Source: Actinomycetota bacterium (GTDB taxonomy: Bacteria; Actinomycetota; Actinomycetes; S36-B12; UBA10799). Taken from it: a DNA stretch of 61,178 bases. Positions 58,840-61,178 of the stretch are shown piece by piece. How positions within the stretch are numbered: position 1 is the first letter of the stretch; every line of letters begins with the position of its first letter. The stretch covers positions 1 to 61,178 of the forward strand of contig CAUJDH010000005.1 of assembly GCA_963169225.1 (NCBI GenBank), in the 5' to 3' direction. Below the pieces are notes generated by a model. That model saw only the letters and a list, made by a program, of their open reading frames with translations, was not told the origin of the DNA and did no database searches. A program made the translations under genes and the position numbers.

Positions 58840-58856
58840 CGTGTCAGGCTAACAAA
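58840..58856. promoter_or_regulatory. Bidirectional overlapping -10 for the leaderless CoA-transferase gene and msrA
   Basis: CAGGCT (+, 58845-58850) is 6 nt before ATG 58857. TAGCCT (-, 58851-58846) is 6 nt before GTG 58839. Confidence 0.65.
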
Positions 58857-59510
58857 ATGGAGCTATTTGGTCGCCCCAAACCGACGATGGTTAGTCCTGC
58901 CGAGGCTTTGCCAGGACGAGATGACTATTCCTACCCACTGGCGACGACCCACGAGGTTCTTGGAACCCCCTTATTGGGGCCGTGGCCGGATGGCATTGAG
59001 TTGATCTACTTTGGGATGGGTTGCTTCTGGGGTGCCGAGAAGAAGTTTTGGCAGGTACCAGGTGTGTACTCCACGGCAGTTGGCTATCAAGGCGGCATCA
59101 CACCGTTCCCAACTTATGAGGAGACGTGCACTGGGTTGACCGGTCACACCGAGTCGGTTCTGGTTGCCCACGACCCTGCCGCGGTGTCGACGTTCGAATT
59201 ACTCAAGACATTTTGGGAGAACCACGATCCAACGACTGAGTACCGACAAGGCAACGACATCGGGACTCAATACCGGTCGGCTGTGTATTGGACTACTCAG
59301 GAGCAGCGCGAGTTAGTTGAGGCGACACGAGACGCATACGCCGGGGCATTGGCCGAGCGCGGTTTGGGCCCGATCACGACTGAGTTGGCTGCCGCTGACG
59401 GTCGCAAGTTCTATTACGCTGAGGACTATCACCAGCAATACTTAGCGAAGAACCCACACGGTTACGACTGCCACGCCAACACGGGAATTGCGCTGCCCAG
59501 CATGCACTGA
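58857..59510 (+). CDS. msrA: Peptide methionine sulfoxide reductase MsrA
   Basis: [41 protein letters not shown]. Confidence 0.96.
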   Translation: MELFGRPKPTMVSPAEALPGRDDYSYPLATTHEVLGTPLLGPWPDGIELIYFGMGCFWGAEKKFWQVPGVYSTAVGYQGGITPFPTYEETCTGLTGHTESVLVAHDPAAVSTFELLKTFWENHDPTTEYRQGNDIGTQYRSAVYWTTQEQRELVEATRDAYAGALAERGLGPITTELAAADGRKFYYAEDYHQQYLAKNPHGYDCHANTGIALPSMH

Positions 59511-59619
59511 CAGGATTCGCACTCTCGGCGTTCATGTTGATTAGCTAGCAGCCAAACTGAGATTTCTGACTGTCACAAACAAGTATCAAATAGCCACCTA
59601 GAGGTGTATCGTTGAGCCG

Positions 59620-61178
59620 ATGGAAAAACGCAGCACCATTAAAAAGGCGGGGCTGCCGATCATGTCACTCGGCGCACTTGGCGTCGTTTTCGGTGACATC
59701 GGCACGAGCCCGTTATACGCGTTTGAAGACATTTTTCGGGCACCACATGCTATTCCCATAACTGAGCCTCGGGTACTCGGTGCCGCTTCACTTGTGTTCT
59801 GGACTCTCACTCTCATCGTCTCGGTAAAGTATGTGCTCGTCGTTATGCGGGCCGACAACGACGGCGAAGGCGGAATCATGTCGCTGTCGTCACTGGCGGC
59901 AGGCAAGCGGATCCGTAACAAGCGCAATAAGACGGTAATTTTGACGGCCGGAATCTTAGGGGCTGCGCTCTTTTACGGTGATGGAATGATCACTCCGGCG
60001 ATCTCAGTACTTTCAGCAGTTGAAGGTCTTGAGGTCGTCAATCCTGGATTTGACCAATGGGTTACACCAATCGCCTTAGTAATCGTGATCGCTTTATTCA
60101 GCGTTCAACGATTCGGAATCCATAGGATCGGTCGCCTTTTTGGGCCCGTGATGCTGCTCTGGTTTATTAGCATCGGCATCCTCGGCTTGTTGAGCGTTAT
60201 CTCGTCCCCCGCCGTTCTCACAGCCATAAATCCTGCGCATGCCATCGACTTCTTCGCTGGAGACACGGGTATCGCATTCCTCGCTCTGGGCTCTGTTGTC
60301 TTGTGCGTTACCGGAGCCGAGGCTCTTTACGCCGATATGGGTCAATTCGGTAGAACACCTATTCGGATTTCATGGTTTGCAATCACAGTTCCAGCTCTCT
60401 ACCTCAACTATTTTGGGCAAGCAGCCCTCGTGCTTCGAGATCCAGACGCCATCAACAACACCTTTTACCTACTAGTACCAGCTGCACTTCAAATCGTCAT
60501 GGTCATTTTGGCTACGGTTGCCACAGTGATTGCCTCCCAATCCATGATCTCGGGCGTCTTTTCGATGACGAGACAGGCGATCCATCTGGGGTACTTACCA
60601 CCACTCAAAATCCGTCACTCTTCAGATTCAGAACGCGGCCAGGTATACATTCCAGCTGTGAACTGGGGACTTCTCGTGTGCGTCGTTGGCTTGATCGTTG
60701 CCTTTAAGAGTTCAGCGAATCTCTCGTCTGCCTACGGAATCGCTGTCACTGGCACTTTCGTCGTAACAACCGTCCTCATCACCATCGTTGCCATCAAACG
60801 TTGGAAGCTGAACAAATTCATCGCTTTCCCTTTGGCAGCAATCTTCCTCTTTGTTGATATCACCTTCTTTACGTCAAGCTTGACGAAATTTGATCACGGT
60901 GGATGGTTCCCGCTTGCCGTTGGCGCCATCATCTTTATCATCTTGACGACGTGGGCTGTGGGATCCAAACTTCAACGGCGAGCTATCTCGGCAAAGACTC
61001 CGCTACTCAAGAAATTCGCCAAAAAATACGACCTTGACAACATCTCGACTTCGCCCGGAACCGCCGTCTACATAACAACTCTTGAGCGACATGCACCACC
61101 GGCGCTTATCGAATACATGCGCGGCTTCAATAGCATCGCCGAGAACACCATCATTTTGTCAATGGTCACGACAAACGA
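59620..61178 (+). CDS. kup: KUP/HAK/KT potassium transporter (runs off the window)
   Basis: Manual translation MEKRSTIKKAGLPIMSLGALGVVFGDIGTSPLYAF ... RADNDGEGG ... YGDGMITPAISVLSAVEG ... TGAEALYADMG. Not in the ORF track. Confidence 0.95.
   Translation, partial: MEKRSTIKKAGLPIMSLGALGVVFGDIGTSPLYAFEDIFRAPHAIPITEPRVLGAASLVFWTLTLIVSVKYVLVVMRADNDGEGGIMSLSSLAAGKRIRNKRNKTVILTAGILGAALFYGDGMITPAISVLSAVEGLEVVNPGFDQWVTPIALVIVIALFSVQRFGIHRIGRLFGPVMLLWFISIGILGLLSVISSPAVLTAINPAHAIDFFAGDTGIAFLALGSVVLCVTGAEALYADMGQFGRTPIRISWFAITVPALYLNYFGQAALVLRDPDAINNTFYLLVPAALQIVMVILATVATVIASQSMISGVFSMTRQAIHLGYLPPLKIRHSSDSERGQVYIPAVNWGLLVCVVGLIVAFKSSANLSSAYGIAVTGTFVVTTVLITIVAIKRWKLNKFIAFPLAAIFLFVDITFFTSSLTKFDHGGWFPLAVGAIIFIILTTWAVGSKLQRRAISAKTPLLKKFAKKYDLDNISTSPGTAVYITTLERHAPPALIEYMRGFNSIAENTIILSMVTTN

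Overview
This is a core-chromosome segment of an actinobacterium with moderate GC. Gene order follows the conserved Mycobacterium/Streptomyces/Nocardioides blocks: moeZ-tetR-DUF3107-parA-rhlE; mgtE-DUF1003-mrp-tatB-htrA-O-methyltransferase-DUF3117-folP-dapE; dapC-fdx-mshB-typA; and ychF-ispH-xseAB-DUF4245-fum-phoH2-yyaL-DUF4307-greA. About 57 CDS are supported. Two are truncated by the window edges (moeZ, kup) and one is missing from the ORF track (DUF3117). I found no rRNA, tRNA, CRISPR array, integrase or transposase. Main observations: (1) a translationally coupled pair made of a TupA-like ATP-grasp ligase and a truncated, apparently catalytically dead paralog, inserted upstream of typA; (2) pervasive leaderless-type promoters, including two divergent gene pairs whose starts are exactly 17 bp apart and share one overlapping bidirectional -10 element; (3) clean absence of sigE-rseA, glpX, mca and the hemolysin-III/isoprenyl-transferase pair from their usual positions, with plausible compensation (a PPi-dependent PFK for glpX, a sigmaR/H-type promoter on mshB for mca); (4) a probable ATT start codon; (5) several candidate operators and alternative-sigma promoters. 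All product and synteny calls come from motif recognition and recalled gene orders; no database searches were run.
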